Source: an uncultured Clostridia bacterium (GTDB taxonomy: Bacteria > Bacillota > Clostridia > TANB77 > CAG-508). From it: a stretch of DNA of 64,000 nucleotides. The notes under the pieces were generated by a model, which was given only the letters and a program-made list of their open reading frames with translations, did no database searches and was not told the origin of the DNA. This document shows, piece after piece, positions 1-8,968 of this stretch. The stretch is taken from NCBI GenBank assembly GCA_963557785.1, contig CAUWBF010000009.1, positions 715 through 64,714 of the forward strand. Reading direction: 5' to 3'. The stretch's first letter is position 1. Each line of letters starts with the position of its first letter. Both the position numbers and the translations under genes were made by a program.

Positions 1-431
1 TTTTCTGAAAAGTATTCTACAATCTCTGATCCCAGTTGCGTAAATAAATCATCTATTTCATTTGCGATGGAACTCTTTATTTCTAAGGCAAAACTGTGAA
101 TGATGGCCATCGAACGGAGTAGATAACCTTCATTGACGCTTAATGCCATAGTCGAAAACGCTTTAAATGTTTCTCCAACGTGTGGGTAATTAGTTCCGTC
201 TATATATCTATCAATTTTTAAAAATCGTTCATCTTGGGAATTTTTTAAAGCTGAGATATAAACCAAATAGTTCAAGCTTGGATTTCCATTTTTTTCCTTG
301 AAGTTGGAAAAAGGATATTTTTTATTTAGTTCACCGAGTTCTTGAACTATATTTCTTAATTTTTGAGTAAGCAACTCATATTCTATTTCCTTGGCAGCTT
401 CGATAGGTGAGAGTTCTTTTGGCTCTTTCAT
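1..431 (-). CDS. hypothetical protein (partial, runs off left edge)
   Basis: Manual minus-strand translation from ATG at 431..429 (MKEPKELSPIEAAKEIEYELLTQK...) stays open to position 1. Not in the provided track because it is partial. Confidence 0.35.
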   Translation of the reverse strand, partial: MKEPKELSPIEAAKEIEYELLTQKLRNIVQELGELNKKYPFSNFKEKNGNPSLNYLVYISALKNSQDERFLKIDRYIDGTNYPHVGETFKAFSTMALSVNEGYLLRSMAIIHSFALEIKSSIANEIDDLFTQLGSEIVEYFSE

Positions 432-479
432 ATATTGGGGCAATTAGATGTTTAATGGTTGGGGCTATACCATTTTTCT

Positions 480-1001
480 TTAGGGTCTCCTTTCTTTTAA
501 GAGGTTGTTTATTTTCTCGCAAAAGGATTGGGCCTCTGCTTCAGTTCGGAATACATGGCCGGCTTTTAATCGTATTTCATCAGTTCCGGGGTTATCCCAC
601 CATTCATCTGCTATAACACCAAACCCTGTGATATAATCGCAAAAATAAATGGTAAAGTAGGTCTCATGTAATTTCGGACGATAATGGGTAATCTTCTTAG
701 ATAAGCGGAGAGTTTTAGGTTCCAGCGTAGTGTAACATAGATCTTCATTGCCAACGTAGGGAATACATTGCCGATAGAATGTCTCATCGTTCATTTTGAA
801 GGGGTAGTAGTCATTTTCTACATAACGCTCAAAATAATTAAGATTCCACTTCTCATCTTTATGGTTGCGAACCAAAACCGGTTCATTGAATGTAAAGTTC
901 ATAGTGTATTCGTGTTTTGTGTGGTGTGGGTTCGGTGTATTTACTCTTTCACCGGCTTGAATATTATTGTTATTTTGATTTCCTTCGGTTCTTCTTTCCA
1001 T
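480..1001 (-). CDS. hypothetical protein
   Basis: 173-aa ORF with Asn-rich N-terminus; no recognisable motif. Confidence 0.45.
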   Translation of the reverse strand: MERRTEGNQNNNNIQAGERVNTPNPHHTKHEYTMNFTFNEPVLVRNHKDEKWNLNYFERYVENDYYPFKMNDETFYRQCIPYVGNEDLCYTTLEPKTLRLSKKITHYRPKLHETYFTIYFCDYITGFGVIADEWWDNPGTDEIRLKAGHVFRTEAEAQSFCEKINNLLKERRP

Positions 1002-1207
1002 GAAGGTATATTCTCTTCTCCTATAGATTCTCTCAACTCATCACTATCTATAGGGAAGAAGTTAGTGTCTATTGGGAACCATTTAGGGATGAATTTACCT
1101 CGCATGGGCATGTGCAGATAGATAAAAGAACTGCCATCTTTATTTGTGGCAATGTATGCCGTTGATTGGCCGGATAGTTGTTCGGATTGGGTATTCATGT
1201 TAATCAT
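941..1207 (-). CDS. small hypothetical protein
   Basis: 88-aa ORF; its 3' end overlaps the start of 480..1001 by about 60 nt, consistent with an operon. Confidence 0.3.
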   Translation of the reverse strand: MINMNTQSEQLSGQSTAYIATNKDGSSFIYLHMPMRGKFIPKWFPIDTNFFPIDSDELRESIGEENIPSWKEEPKEIKITIIFKPVKE

Positions 1208-1315
1208 TGTATTTGAAAAATGATTGAAAACTTGGTATTCTTACGGACTTATTCAGATAGTGCTTCTTCAATTATCATTTTTACAATTTCGTAGTTGTTG
1301 GTTTGCCAGTCTAAA

Positions 1316-1612
1316 TCAATGTCGTGGATAAGACGAATCGTAGTGGTTCGCTGAAACGTAGGAGTGGATGTATTCTACAAATGAATCTTCATCTATACCA
1401 TATTCCATTGGAAAATCTTGTATCTCAGATATTTTATCAATCTCTTGAATAAGATACCTACATTCTTTGTGAGCGATAAAATCGTCAACAATACCATCAT
1501 ACAAATTGGTTTGACGGATATAGGCTTGGCTGACTTCGATTTTACAGCCACAAAGCATACATCTGTATTCCTTTTGGGCTTTCGAGGTTACTTCTTTAAG
1601 TGTCGTGATCAT
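1316..1612 (-). CDS. small Cys/His-containing hypothetical protein
   Basis: 98 aa with CxxC (MLCGCK) plus HKECRY; possible zinc-binding. Confidence 0.4.
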   Translation of the reverse strand: MITTLKEVTSKAQKEYRCMLCGCKIEVSQAYIRQTNLYDGIVDDFIAHKECRYLIQEIDKISEIQDFPMEYGIDEDSFVEYIHSYVSANHYDSSYPRH

Positions 1613-1638
1613 ATCATTTCTATGTATTTATGTTCCCT

Positions 1639-1830
1639 TTAATCGTTAATTTCACAATCTTCATAAGATACCACATTGTATGGAACTTCTTTGTCGTACA
1701 ACATAAATGGATTTTCGCAGGAGCAGGCATTTGCTCCAAAACCAATTTCATATTGTAGGTATTCAAGAGCATCTTCATACGTTCCTATTCCATCAGGAAC
1801 GTTGATTTCTAAAATGAGTTGTATTTTCAT
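1639..1830 (-). CDS. small hypothetical protein
   Basis: 63-aa ORF packed tightly in the same minus-strand operon. Confidence 0.3.
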   Translation of the reverse strand: MKIQLILEINVPDGIGTYEDALEYLQYEIGFGANACSCENPFMLYDKEVPYNVVSYEDCEIND

Positions 1831-1865
1831 TGATTCTTAGGTTGATAGGATTAGAAACAATGGAT

Positions 1866-2249
1866 TTAGATATATTCAAATTCTCCATCGAGCAGGAGAA
1901 CAGGTTGGCTTACACCCATCACCCATTCACCAAGTTTATTGTCTTCACCCGGTGGGGGAGGGAGAATGTCAAGAATACAACCTTTAATGATGTTATCAAA
2001 CTCTGGTGAGAAAGCTGTACAGCATAAAACTTTCAGCTTTGTAGGCTTTTTCTGTTGTATACCTGGGCAGCAGGGTGCCTTTTTGTAGAATCTGTTCTGA
2101 ATGGAGATGGTTCCTATTTGGTATGATTTCCCTTCTATACCGCAGTTCTTGCATCTATATATGTCATACAGCTTTTTTCCGTATTTTCGGGTTACAATAT
2201 TTTGCTTTTCCCATTCGTGATGACCTGTTTCAATACTTTGTCTTATCAT
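1866..2249 (-). CDS. zinc-ribbon-like hypothetical protein
   Basis: 127 aa with CKNCG ... CCPG ... LCC cysteine clusters and a PPPP stretch. Confidence 0.4.
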   Translation of the reverse strand: MIRQSIETGHHEWEKQNIVTRKYGKKLYDIYRCKNCGIEGKSYQIGTISIQNRFYKKAPCCPGIQQKKPTKLKVLCCTAFSPEFDNIIKGCILDILPPPPGEDNKLGEWVMGVSQPVLLLDGEFEYI

Positions 2250-2908
2250 ATTGTTTTCTTGTAAACTTCAAAATCATATACCCACACCCAGGGATTTGAT
2301 TCCCATGTGCCTTTTCCGAATACTTTCTCAGTGAGGAAGGAATAGGCTTCACGAGGAGAGTCGAAAACAGGGAATTGATTGGGTATTTCATAGCTATTGT
2401 AGAAACCGAAAGACTTACTGATTTTGTTTGATTCTATTTTCCTAATACCTTCGGCCATACAGTCTTCCTCTGATATGTCTTGTAGTTTTTCTATTCGGAT
2501 ATTGGTAATTTGAAGTTTGGATAGCAAATACTCAAAGTCGGAGAGAATATACTGCTTGTTATTCCAACCCTTTAGCTCGTGAGCTTCAATGGCAGATAAG
2601 CCACATCCCTTTGATTCAGACAAGTATAAGAAATCGTGAGGCTTATATCCCAAGTCTTTGTAACTTTGGGCTATAGCTAAAACTTCTCCTATCTCGTAAC
2701 GTGGGCAGGGAGCTATCACTTCTTCGTCTTCGTCATACAGAGTCGCATCTACTGCTTTGCCTTCCATATTCTTATATACATAGAAACCGCGTACTTCTAT
2801 TCCTTTGTAAAAAGAAGGACAGGTGATAATTCTTCTCTCTTGGGTTTTCCGGCCTTCAAGTACTGCTTTGGTCAGGCCGTATTTATCATTGAACGAAATT
2901 CTTTTCAT
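2246..2908 (-). CDS. ASCH-domain protein (putative RNA-binding)
   Basis: N-terminus ISFNDKYGLTKAVLEGRKTQERR and C-terminus GKGTWESNPWVWVYDFE match ASCH-family hallmarks. Start overlaps the upstream stop by 4 nt. Confidence 0.55.
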   Translation of the reverse strand: MKRISFNDKYGLTKAVLEGRKTQERRIITCPSFYKGIEVRGFYVYKNMEGKAVDATLYDEDEEVIAPCPRYEIGEVLAIAQSYKDLGYKPHDFLYLSESKGCGLSAIEAHELKGWNNKQYILSDFEYLLSKLQITNIRIEKLQDISEEDCMAEGIRKIESNKISKSFGFYNSYEIPNQFPVFDSPREAYSFLTEKVFGKGTWESNPWVWVYDFEVYKKTI

Positions 2909-3015
2909 AGTTATCTAGAAATAATTGAGGATGTGATGAAATAAACGGTCAGGAGGAATAATGTTCCAATGATAAGACCGATTACAAGAGTATTCCAGAG
3001 CAAATCTTTCATGTT

Positions 3016-3243
3016 TTATTCCCTTATTTTTTCCTTGATGAGAATTTCTGCATCAAGGGCTTCACAGACGTTTACCAAGGTGTTTAAGGAAGGACTGGTC
3101 TTGCAGTTCTCCATATTGCATAGGTTTGAATAGGATATGCCACAAACTTGTGAAAGATTGCGTAGGGTAAATCCCCTACGCTTCCGGATCATGCTAAGGT
3201 CTTTGGTTATTTTATAGGCTATTTTATGCGTTTTCTTATTCAT
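3016..3243 (-). CDS. XRE-family helix-turn-helix transcriptional regulator
   Basis: 75 aa; TLRNLSQVCGISYSNLCNMENCKTSPSLNTLVNVCEAL is a classic XRE HTH. Confidence 0.7.
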   Translation of the reverse strand: MNKKTHKIAYKITKDLSMIRKRRGFTLRNLSQVCGISYSNLCNMENCKTSPSLNTLVNVCEALDAEILIKEKIRE

Positions 3244-3679
3244 AGGTTTTATGTGGAACTACATAATCTGAGTTTTTTGCTTGCGAAACACGGCTATCAA
3301 GTCTTGTTTCAATGATTTTTTTGAAAATCAGACATGGCATCGAAATAGATGCAAGGATGGATAGGGTAAATACACTGATATTCCATGTGCTACTTTTTTC
3401 AAATCCGAAGCTCATGCTCACGAGGAAGGAAAGCAGCATCCATGAACCAATGAATAATGGATAACTTTTTGTTTGCCATATATTCATCAGCTTGTCGTAG
3501 AATTTAGTGATAGCTGCCAGTATTCCGGACCAACCGAATGCGGAAATGCCTACCAAAAGAAGGGCCATAGGTATAGACCGCATGCAAAATGCCAACAAAG
3601 AGAATGCAGACAATATGCTTGTTGATAGAATCAGCCCAGGAAGGGCCAATAAAAGCGTATTTATTGTGTTGTGTTTCAT
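3236..3679 (-). CDS. integral membrane protein
   Basis: 147 aa with at least four hydrophobic segments; overlaps the HTH gene start by 8 nt. Confidence 0.5.
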   Translation of the reverse strand: MKHNTINTLLLALPGLILSTSILSAFSLLAFCMRSIPMALLLVGISAFGWSGILAAITKFYDKLMNIWQTKSYPLFIGSWMLLSFLVSMSFGFEKSSTWNISVFTLSILASISMPCLIFKKIIETRLDSRVSQAKNSDYVVPHKTYE

Positions 3680-3696
3680 ATCGTATTTTGTTGATG

Positions 3697-4665
3697 TTAG
3701 TCCGGAGTTTTTTCGAGGAAAAACTTAATCATGCTTGTATCATGTTTCATTTCCACCAATTTTCTGAAGCATCGCTTCGTGAGTTCTACATCACAGGCTG
3801 AATCATGTAGGTTCAGGTCGTTGGTTCCGACTCCAAGGAATGCTGCCAGTTCGATAAGACGTGGACGTTTGAAGACTTCTGGATTCTTCTTATCGGGCAG
3901 ACGGCACAAGTCTATTGTGGCTATCATTGTGCAGTAAGTGGCGCATTCAGAAAGATTGCTGAGAAGATAGCGATGAAGATGGCAGGATAGCGTGTATGAA
4001 GCATGTTCGACAAAAGATAAATCGAATGCTACATTGTGACCTACGACCAAATCACAGCCTTTTAGGTCTTGATTGAATATGTATAGGGCGGTTTGAAGAG
4101 AAGTGGTTCCTAACTCATTCAAGCGTTGGGGAGTTAGGTTATTTACAAGGATAGCCTTGCTTTCCACCCTGTAAGGATTGGATGGATATTTGAAATAGAA
4201 GTTCTTTCTGCTCAGCACTTCCCATGTTCCGACCTCTACAACTTGCCAAGAGAGTTGCAAAAGAGAATTATAGTCAGCTTTGAAACCGGTAGTTTCAGTA
4301 TCAAAGATCAGAACTACAGCATTGTTACCGGAATACGCTTCTTGCCATCCGGCATAAACAGGCAATTCTACATTTTCCAGTGCGTCAGAGGGGAGTGGTA
4401 GACCTTCATCGCGTTTCTCTTCGTAATCTTTGTTTTTTGCTACAATCTCTTTGATTTTTTGCTGACGTTCTTTCATAGCAAGTCTATATTGTTTCTTTTT
4501 AGCGGATAAAATAGCTTTTGCTCCTGTTATATCGGGGTGTACTTCGCTTTCAGAATAATATACTGCTTTGGCATTATGGAAACAATTAGTCCATCGTTCC
4601 TTGCCTTCTGCGTCTTCATTCAAGACGTACCCGGTTTTGGCCCATTGTAGTTGTGTCAGTTCCAT
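3697..4665 (-). CDS. DEDDh 3'-5' exonuclease (DnaQ/DNA pol III epsilon-like) with ~120-aa N-terminal extension
   Basis: Exo I LIFDTETTG, Exo II VVGHNVAFDLSFV, Exo III HDSACD motifs all present. Confidence 0.75.
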   Translation of the reverse strand: MELTQLQWAKTGYVLNEDAEGKERWTNCFHNAKAVYYSESEVHPDITGAKAILSAKKKQYRLAMKERQQKIKEIVAKNKDYEEKRDEGLPLPSDALENVELPVYAGWQEAYSGNNAVVLIFDTETTGFKADYNSLLQLSWQVVEVGTWEVLSRKNFYFKYPSNPYRVESKAILVNNLTPQRLNELGTTSLQTALYIFNQDLKGCDLVVGHNVAFDLSFVEHASYTLSCHLHRYLLSNLSECATYCTMIATIDLCRLPDKKNPEVFKRPRLIELAAFLGVGTNDLNLHDSACDVELTKRCFRKLVEMKHDTSMIKFFLEKTPD

Positions 4666-4896
4666 CGTTGATTTTTATTTAAAGGTTTAGGAAAAAGGGT
4701 TGTTTTTCTCCCTTTGATTGTTCTTTGGTTTGTATGGTTGTTTTAATATTGCAAAAATACAAATAAAATATCATGTTAGCAAATTTAATAACATGAAAAT
4801 CAGATATTTATCAAAAAAAAGAAGGCCATTCTTGGCTTTTGCCTGAAACGGTCTTCTTCTTACTATCAATGATGATTTACTAAAAGAATACTTAGT

Positions 4897-5484
4897 CTAA
4901 TGGGTTGAACTGGATGTTGTTTTTCTGATTTTCTGAGGGTAATACACGTCAACATCGTACATCTTTAAGATCCGGTAGATATTACTCTTGCCTCTATACC
5001 CAGTCTTCGTCATAATGTCTTTGATACTATACCCGGAACTATACATATTGATAACCAACATATAGCGTTTAAGTTTCTCCTCACTCTTGCTTTGTGAATA
5101 ATCAGCTTCAAGATTGTCTATGCTCTTTTTCTTCTGAAGAAACATTTTACAAACAAGCAGTAGAACATCCTTTGTGTGAGTTTCTGGAAATAGTATATCC
5201 TGTGTATCGAGTTTGTCAGCCAATGATACAATTCTGATGTCTTGCGTAAAGCAATACTTCAGAAAAAATATCATATCGTGGTAATTGACAAAGGTGTTCG
5301 AAAAGGAATATATGATTGCTGTGTCACCTTCCTGAAGGATGTCGATAAACTCCGTCCATTTTTCTCTCCTGTTGTCAATATCAGATTCGATAAAAACAGG
5401 ACAATTCATTTTTTTTAAAGAATCAATAATTACTTCTTTTTCCTCATTTCGTTGGGTTATATTCCCGTATGCGATATGTTTCAT
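4897..5484 (-). CDS. serine-recombinase (resolvase/invertase)-like protein with non-canonical catalytic motif and C-terminal HTH
   Basis: Resolvase-like N-terminal layout (IAYGNITQ in place of the YARVSTxxQ nucleophile motif; DTAIIYSFSN) and C-terminal HTH SIKDIMTKTGYRGKSNIYRILK. Confidence 0.45.
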   Translation of the reverse strand: MKHIAYGNITQRNEEKEVIIDSLKKMNCPVFIESDIDNRREKWTEFIDILQEGDTAIIYSFSNTFVNYHDMIFFLKYCFTQDIRIVSLADKLDTQDILFPETHTKDVLLLVCKMFLQKKKSIDNLEADYSQSKSEEKLKRYMLVINMYSSGYSIKDIMTKTGYRGKSNIYRILKMYDVDVYYPQKIRKTTSSSTH

Positions 5485-5676
5485 GATTGTGTTTTTATCT
5501 GCTGCAAAATTAACATTTAAAGTTCACTTAAACAAATAGATGTGTAATATTATATTTTGTTGGTTCTATTTATGATAATACTAAAACCAAAAACCCAAAA
5601 AAATAGGGGAAAATATCAATTGAATAAGGGATTATGGTTATCTTTGACGCACAGTTTTACATAATCCTAATCTTAT

Positions 5677-6726
5677 ATGAAGAAAATTAAATTGTTTTTG
5701 AAGATTCGAAAATGCAAAGGGGGCATTGCTTCGTTTGCAATTCTGGTGCTGCCCGGACTCGTGGGTTGTGGCAAATCGGGTGAGTATTCCTTCGATAAGC
5801 CGGAGGATGCCATTGAGTGCTATCAATCCTTTCATTCAAAACTCAAAGAACTGAAAAGCTCAAACACGAGTGATTTTGGCAATATGCTGAAAAAGTGGAG
5901 AGAGGTAAACGATACGGTAAAGAAATTCCTTGCAAAGGATTCTGTCTTGGTGAAAGACATGGTTGTGGCCGGAAAGTACATAGCCATGAAGGATTCTGTA
6001 AAAAATCAAATGATACGGTTGACAGAAACCTGGCGTTACAATTATAATGACGTTATGCAGATTAAAGAGCAGACTTCTCCTTTTATAGACGATGAGACTC
6101 TGCTCGCTGCCGTTCGTGAATATGAACCTTTTTTCAGTTCCTTGAATACCGTACAGGTAAAGCCTTCCAACAAGAACAAAGTTCTGAAGCAATATCGGGA
6201 CTTTCTGCATGAAGCAAAGATTCAGGGTTTTTCCAATAAAGACGATTTGCTGAAATTTATTCGGCATGAAGACTATTGCTTTAGAAGCTTTCTTTTACAT
6301 CTTCACGAAATGGGTAACGATTCTCTTTCTGATATTACCTATATGACAGAAGATGTTTGCGCTAAGATTTTCTTGGCAGCATCCGTGCGAAAGATTAAAG
6401 CCCGTGACGCAATTGCAATTATGTCTATGAGAACAGCAAGAAGATTGTTGCAGAACTCTTTACGCTGTATCGACAATATAAATCATTTGCCGATGCAGAA
6501 CTCTTTGCAGAGGAATGCTTATCTGTGGATGATTATCCAACCTTATATCAGTATTGATAATCTCACGATAGCTTCCTTGACAGAAGCGGAAAAAAGCAAT
6601 CTCCGCGAAATATCTTCTCAGTTGTCAAAGTCCAAAAACTTCGCAAAGGCTTTTGATATAGAATTGCAATCGCTTAACTATTTGCTTCCTCAACAGTTCT
6701 TGAAATTGTATATTTTATCGTTTTAA
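5677..6726 (+). CDS. lipoprotein, hypothetical
   Basis: 349 aa; signal peptide with lipobox (LVGCGKSG). Confidence 0.5.
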   Translation: MKKIKLFLKIRKCKGGIASFAILVLPGLVGCGKSGEYSFDKPEDAIECYQSFHSKLKELKSSNTSDFGNMLKKWREVNDTVKKFLAKDSVLVKDMVVAGKYIAMKDSVKNQMIRLTETWRYNYNDVMQIKEQTSPFIDDETLLAAVREYEPFFSSLNTVQVKPSNKNKVLKQYRDFLHEAKIQGFSNKDDLLKFIRHEDYCFRSFLLHLHEMGNDSLSDITYMTEDVCAKIFLAASVRKIKARDAIAIMSMRTARRLLQNSLRCIDNINHLPMQNSLQRNAYLWMIIQPYISIDNLTIASLTEAEKSNLREISSQLSKSKNFAKAFDIELQSLNYLLPQQFLKLYILSF

Positions 6727-6738
6727 ATTTTTAGCATT

Positions 6739-7191
6739 ATGTTACACAAAGAAATTAGAAAGTTCATGGCATTAGCTCCGCTTACATGGCCGACATTGAT
6801 CGAGAAGGGGCAAATGGAAACAGACATTGCAGAAGATTCTGCGGTATTGTTCTTTGACCTCAATGAAGCATTCCCGGTAGGATATGTAATGGATGTGCTG
6901 GAGGATAACTGGGATCTGAAACTATTGTATCATGCGACCTTGGTAAAGATTCATCATGTTTGTTATTTTTCCAATCCGCGTGATGGGCATTTGATGTACA
7001 AGATCAATTTCCATACGAACAAAAATGAATATGTAGAAACTATTATTGTTACGTTATTTGATAGTATGGAACTTTGGGAAGAAGATTTGGAAACAGACAT
7101 AAAAGCGCATCAGGAAGAGTTTGAAATTATTGCAGGAGTGGAAAGAAAGGATTTGTTGTCTATTTTTTGTAAGCTAAATTATGATGGATAA
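6739..7191 (+). CDS. hypothetical protein
   Basis: 150-aa ORF immediately downstream in the same direction. Confidence 0.45.
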   Translation: MLHKEIRKFMALAPLTWPTLIEKGQMETDIAEDSAVLFFDLNEAFPVGYVMDVLEDNWDLKLLYHATLVKIHHVCYFSNPRDGHLMYKINFHTNKNEYVETIIVTLFDSMELWEEDLETDIKAHQEEFEIIAGVERKDLLSIFCKLNYDG

Positions 7192-7546
7192 TATTCTTGA
7201 AAATATTGCAATTATTATCAACTCGAACAGCAAACGATATGAAGCCCGGATTCCTAAAAATTTGCGCGAATATTGTGAAATAATCAATGGCCGAATCATT
7301 AAGGTGAGCAACCGGGTTCTTCGTATCGAATGTATTTTTGAAAAGAGAAAGAATAAGGTTTGGTATATCTTCGAAAGAGATATAGAAAAAGTAATTTGCA
7401 AGATTGCAAGACGCGACAAAGGCTTCTCCAAGAGGGTAGAAGAAGGTTCTCTCTCGGTTTACGATGTAGAGTGTATTATCAGACGTTGTACATTTAAAAT
7501 TTTAAATTTGAAGATGACCTATTCAGACTCAGCACCGATTTTATGA
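7181..7546 (+). CDS. hypothetical protein
   Basis: 121-aa ORF overlapping the previous stop by 11 nt. Confidence 0.4.
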   Translation: MMDNILENIAIIINSNSKRYEARIPKNLREYCEIINGRIIKVSNRVLRIECIFEKRKNKVWYIFERDIEKVICKIARRDKGFSKRVEEGSLSVYDVECIIRRCTFKILNLKMTYSDSAPIL

Positions 7547-7802
7547 ATTTAATATTACTCATATTACTCATATTACTAAGAATTAGAAAAGCGTGTGCAT
7601 TGAAGTTTTTTATTCCCTCTTTTAATATTGTATTACTTGTATGGGAAAAATCCATCTTACATAGAATGGTTCAACTTTTAAGTTCTCTCCTGGTAGATGT
7701 GAAGTCCCTTTTATGGGTTATATTTAGACCTGTTTCGAGGTTGTATGTGACTTGCATATATTCATGAGAGGTTAGAAAATTATTCATTCCTAATTAATTT
7801 CA

Positions 7803-8360
7803 TTGACTATGGTTCTAAGCAATATTTTTTTGTTGATTCTGCTTGCAGCTCTTGTCGTAATCCCAAGGAAGTTATATGGCAAGCCCAAATCTCGTCATTT
7901 TTCTGTTCGGATGATGTATTCGGAAAAAGCCCGGCTTTTTGTAGCTTCCCTCTTGGGTGTCTCAATTTGTGTGTTTCACATGATCTATTACTCCATTTAT
8001 CCATTGGAAAAAGGATTGCTCGTATCTTCTCTGTATGTATTCTTTTGTTTCATGTCAAAGAAAAATATGAAGTTCTTGATGTTTCTTGCTAAATCCGAAT
8101 ATCCAATCCTGCTACTGTCACCTTTGGCGATTGTCTTAGCTTTTATCCCTCATTTTTTCTCTTGTGCTGCAACTCTTGCCTTTATCGTAATCTTTGCCTG
8201 TTTCTTTCCATTCAAAACGAAAGAATGGAAACCTAATGAGCATTTGAATGCGCTTAATAAAGGTTTGATAGACGAAGCAATAAGCGAAGTTTTGGATGAA
8301 GACGAAGAACAAAAATTTAAAAAAGGGAACAAAAATAAACTCATTCAAGAAACAAACTAA
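7803..8360 (+). CDS. integral membrane protein
   Basis: 185 aa with 4-5 hydrophobic helices and a charged C-terminal tail. Confidence 0.45.
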   Translation: MTMVLSNIFLLILLAALVVIPRKLYGKPKSRHFSVRMMYSEKARLFVASLLGVSICVFHMIYYSIYPLEKGLLVSSLYVFFCFMSKKNMKFLMFLAKSEYPILLLSPLAIVLAFIPHFFSCAATLAFIVIFACFFPFKTKEWKPNEHLNALNKGLIDEAISEVLDEDEEQKFKKGNKNKLIQETN

Positions 8361-8362
8361 TT

Positions 8363-8728
8363 ATGGAAACAATAACACCAACTTCGATAGATTCCACGAT
8401 AACATGGATTGCTATGGGTAAAGATTTGATTAAATGCTTGAAGTCAAAAGGCAATCATCGTCTTTCGCGCTATGATGCTTTCTTGTGGATAATCGAAAAT
8501 ATTCAGAAAGGACAGCTCGCTTATGAAAAGTCAGGACACATGAACGCAAGGCCGGAATACAGGGTACATTCTTTGGAGCGACTTGCACAGGAATGGAATT
8601 GGTCGAAACCAACTGTCAGAGACTTCCTTCACGAACTCGTAAGTCTGTCAGCCATCACACTGCACAAAGAAGGAAACATCCTCATCTTTTCAGTTGGTAA
8701 AACTTCATGCGCAAACCTCGTACTATAG
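8363..8728 (+). CDS. hypothetical protein, possible winged-helix DNA-binding / relaxosome accessory
   Basis: 121 aa directly upstream of candidate oriT and relaxase; SKPTVRDFLHELVSLSAI is HTH-like. Confidence 0.35.
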   Translation: METITPTSIDSTITWIAMGKDLIKCLKSKGNHRLSRYDAFLWIIENIQKGQLAYEKSGHMNARPEYRVHSLERLAQEWNWSKPTVRDFLHELVSLSAITLHKEGNILIFSVGKTSCANLVL

Positions 8729-8795
8729 TTATGACCCCCTTATTTTCAGCTATGCAGCCAACTCATTCGATCGGTAGCGCAGCCCACCCAAGGCG

Positions 8796-8934
8796 AAGAG
8801 CTTGCTCCCCATCTGGAGTGATGGCAGAGCGGTCGCAAAAGGAGGTTTTCCAAATCTCTAAGCCTAATTAGAGGTTTTTGCAAAACCTCGATTAGGCTAC
8901 CACTCTAAAGAGTTCCTTCGGGGAGCAAGCTCTG
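8796..8934. promoter_or_regulatory. candidate oriT: nested inverted repeats
   Basis: Outer IR GAGCTTGCTCCCC (8798-8810) / GGGGAGCAAGCTC (8921-8933). Inner ~18-bp imperfect palindrome AGCCTAATTAGAGGTTTTTG|CAAAACCTCGATTAGGCT centred at 8880/8881. Sits about 35 bp upstream of the relaxase start. Confidence 0.45.
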
Positions 8935-8968
8935 GTAGAAACAAAGGGAATTAGAAAATATAAATGAT

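Noticed and set aside
5860-6267. 135-aa minus-strand ORF inside the lipoprotein gene 5677..6726.
   Set aside because: Antisense shadow; the plus-strand ORF is longer and has a signal peptide.
7553-7582. 9-bp tandem repeat TATTACTCA x3 (ATATTACTCATATTACTCATATTACTAAG).
   Set aside because: Only three short units with no spacers, so not a CRISPR array. It is just a micro-tandem repeat inside a low-confidence ORF.
8740-8800. Checked the region upstream of the relaxase for a tRNA or tmRNA-like gene (common ICE integration targets).
   Set aside because: No cloverleaf-compatible stems or a conserved T-loop were found. The structure is better explained as oriT-type inverted repeats.
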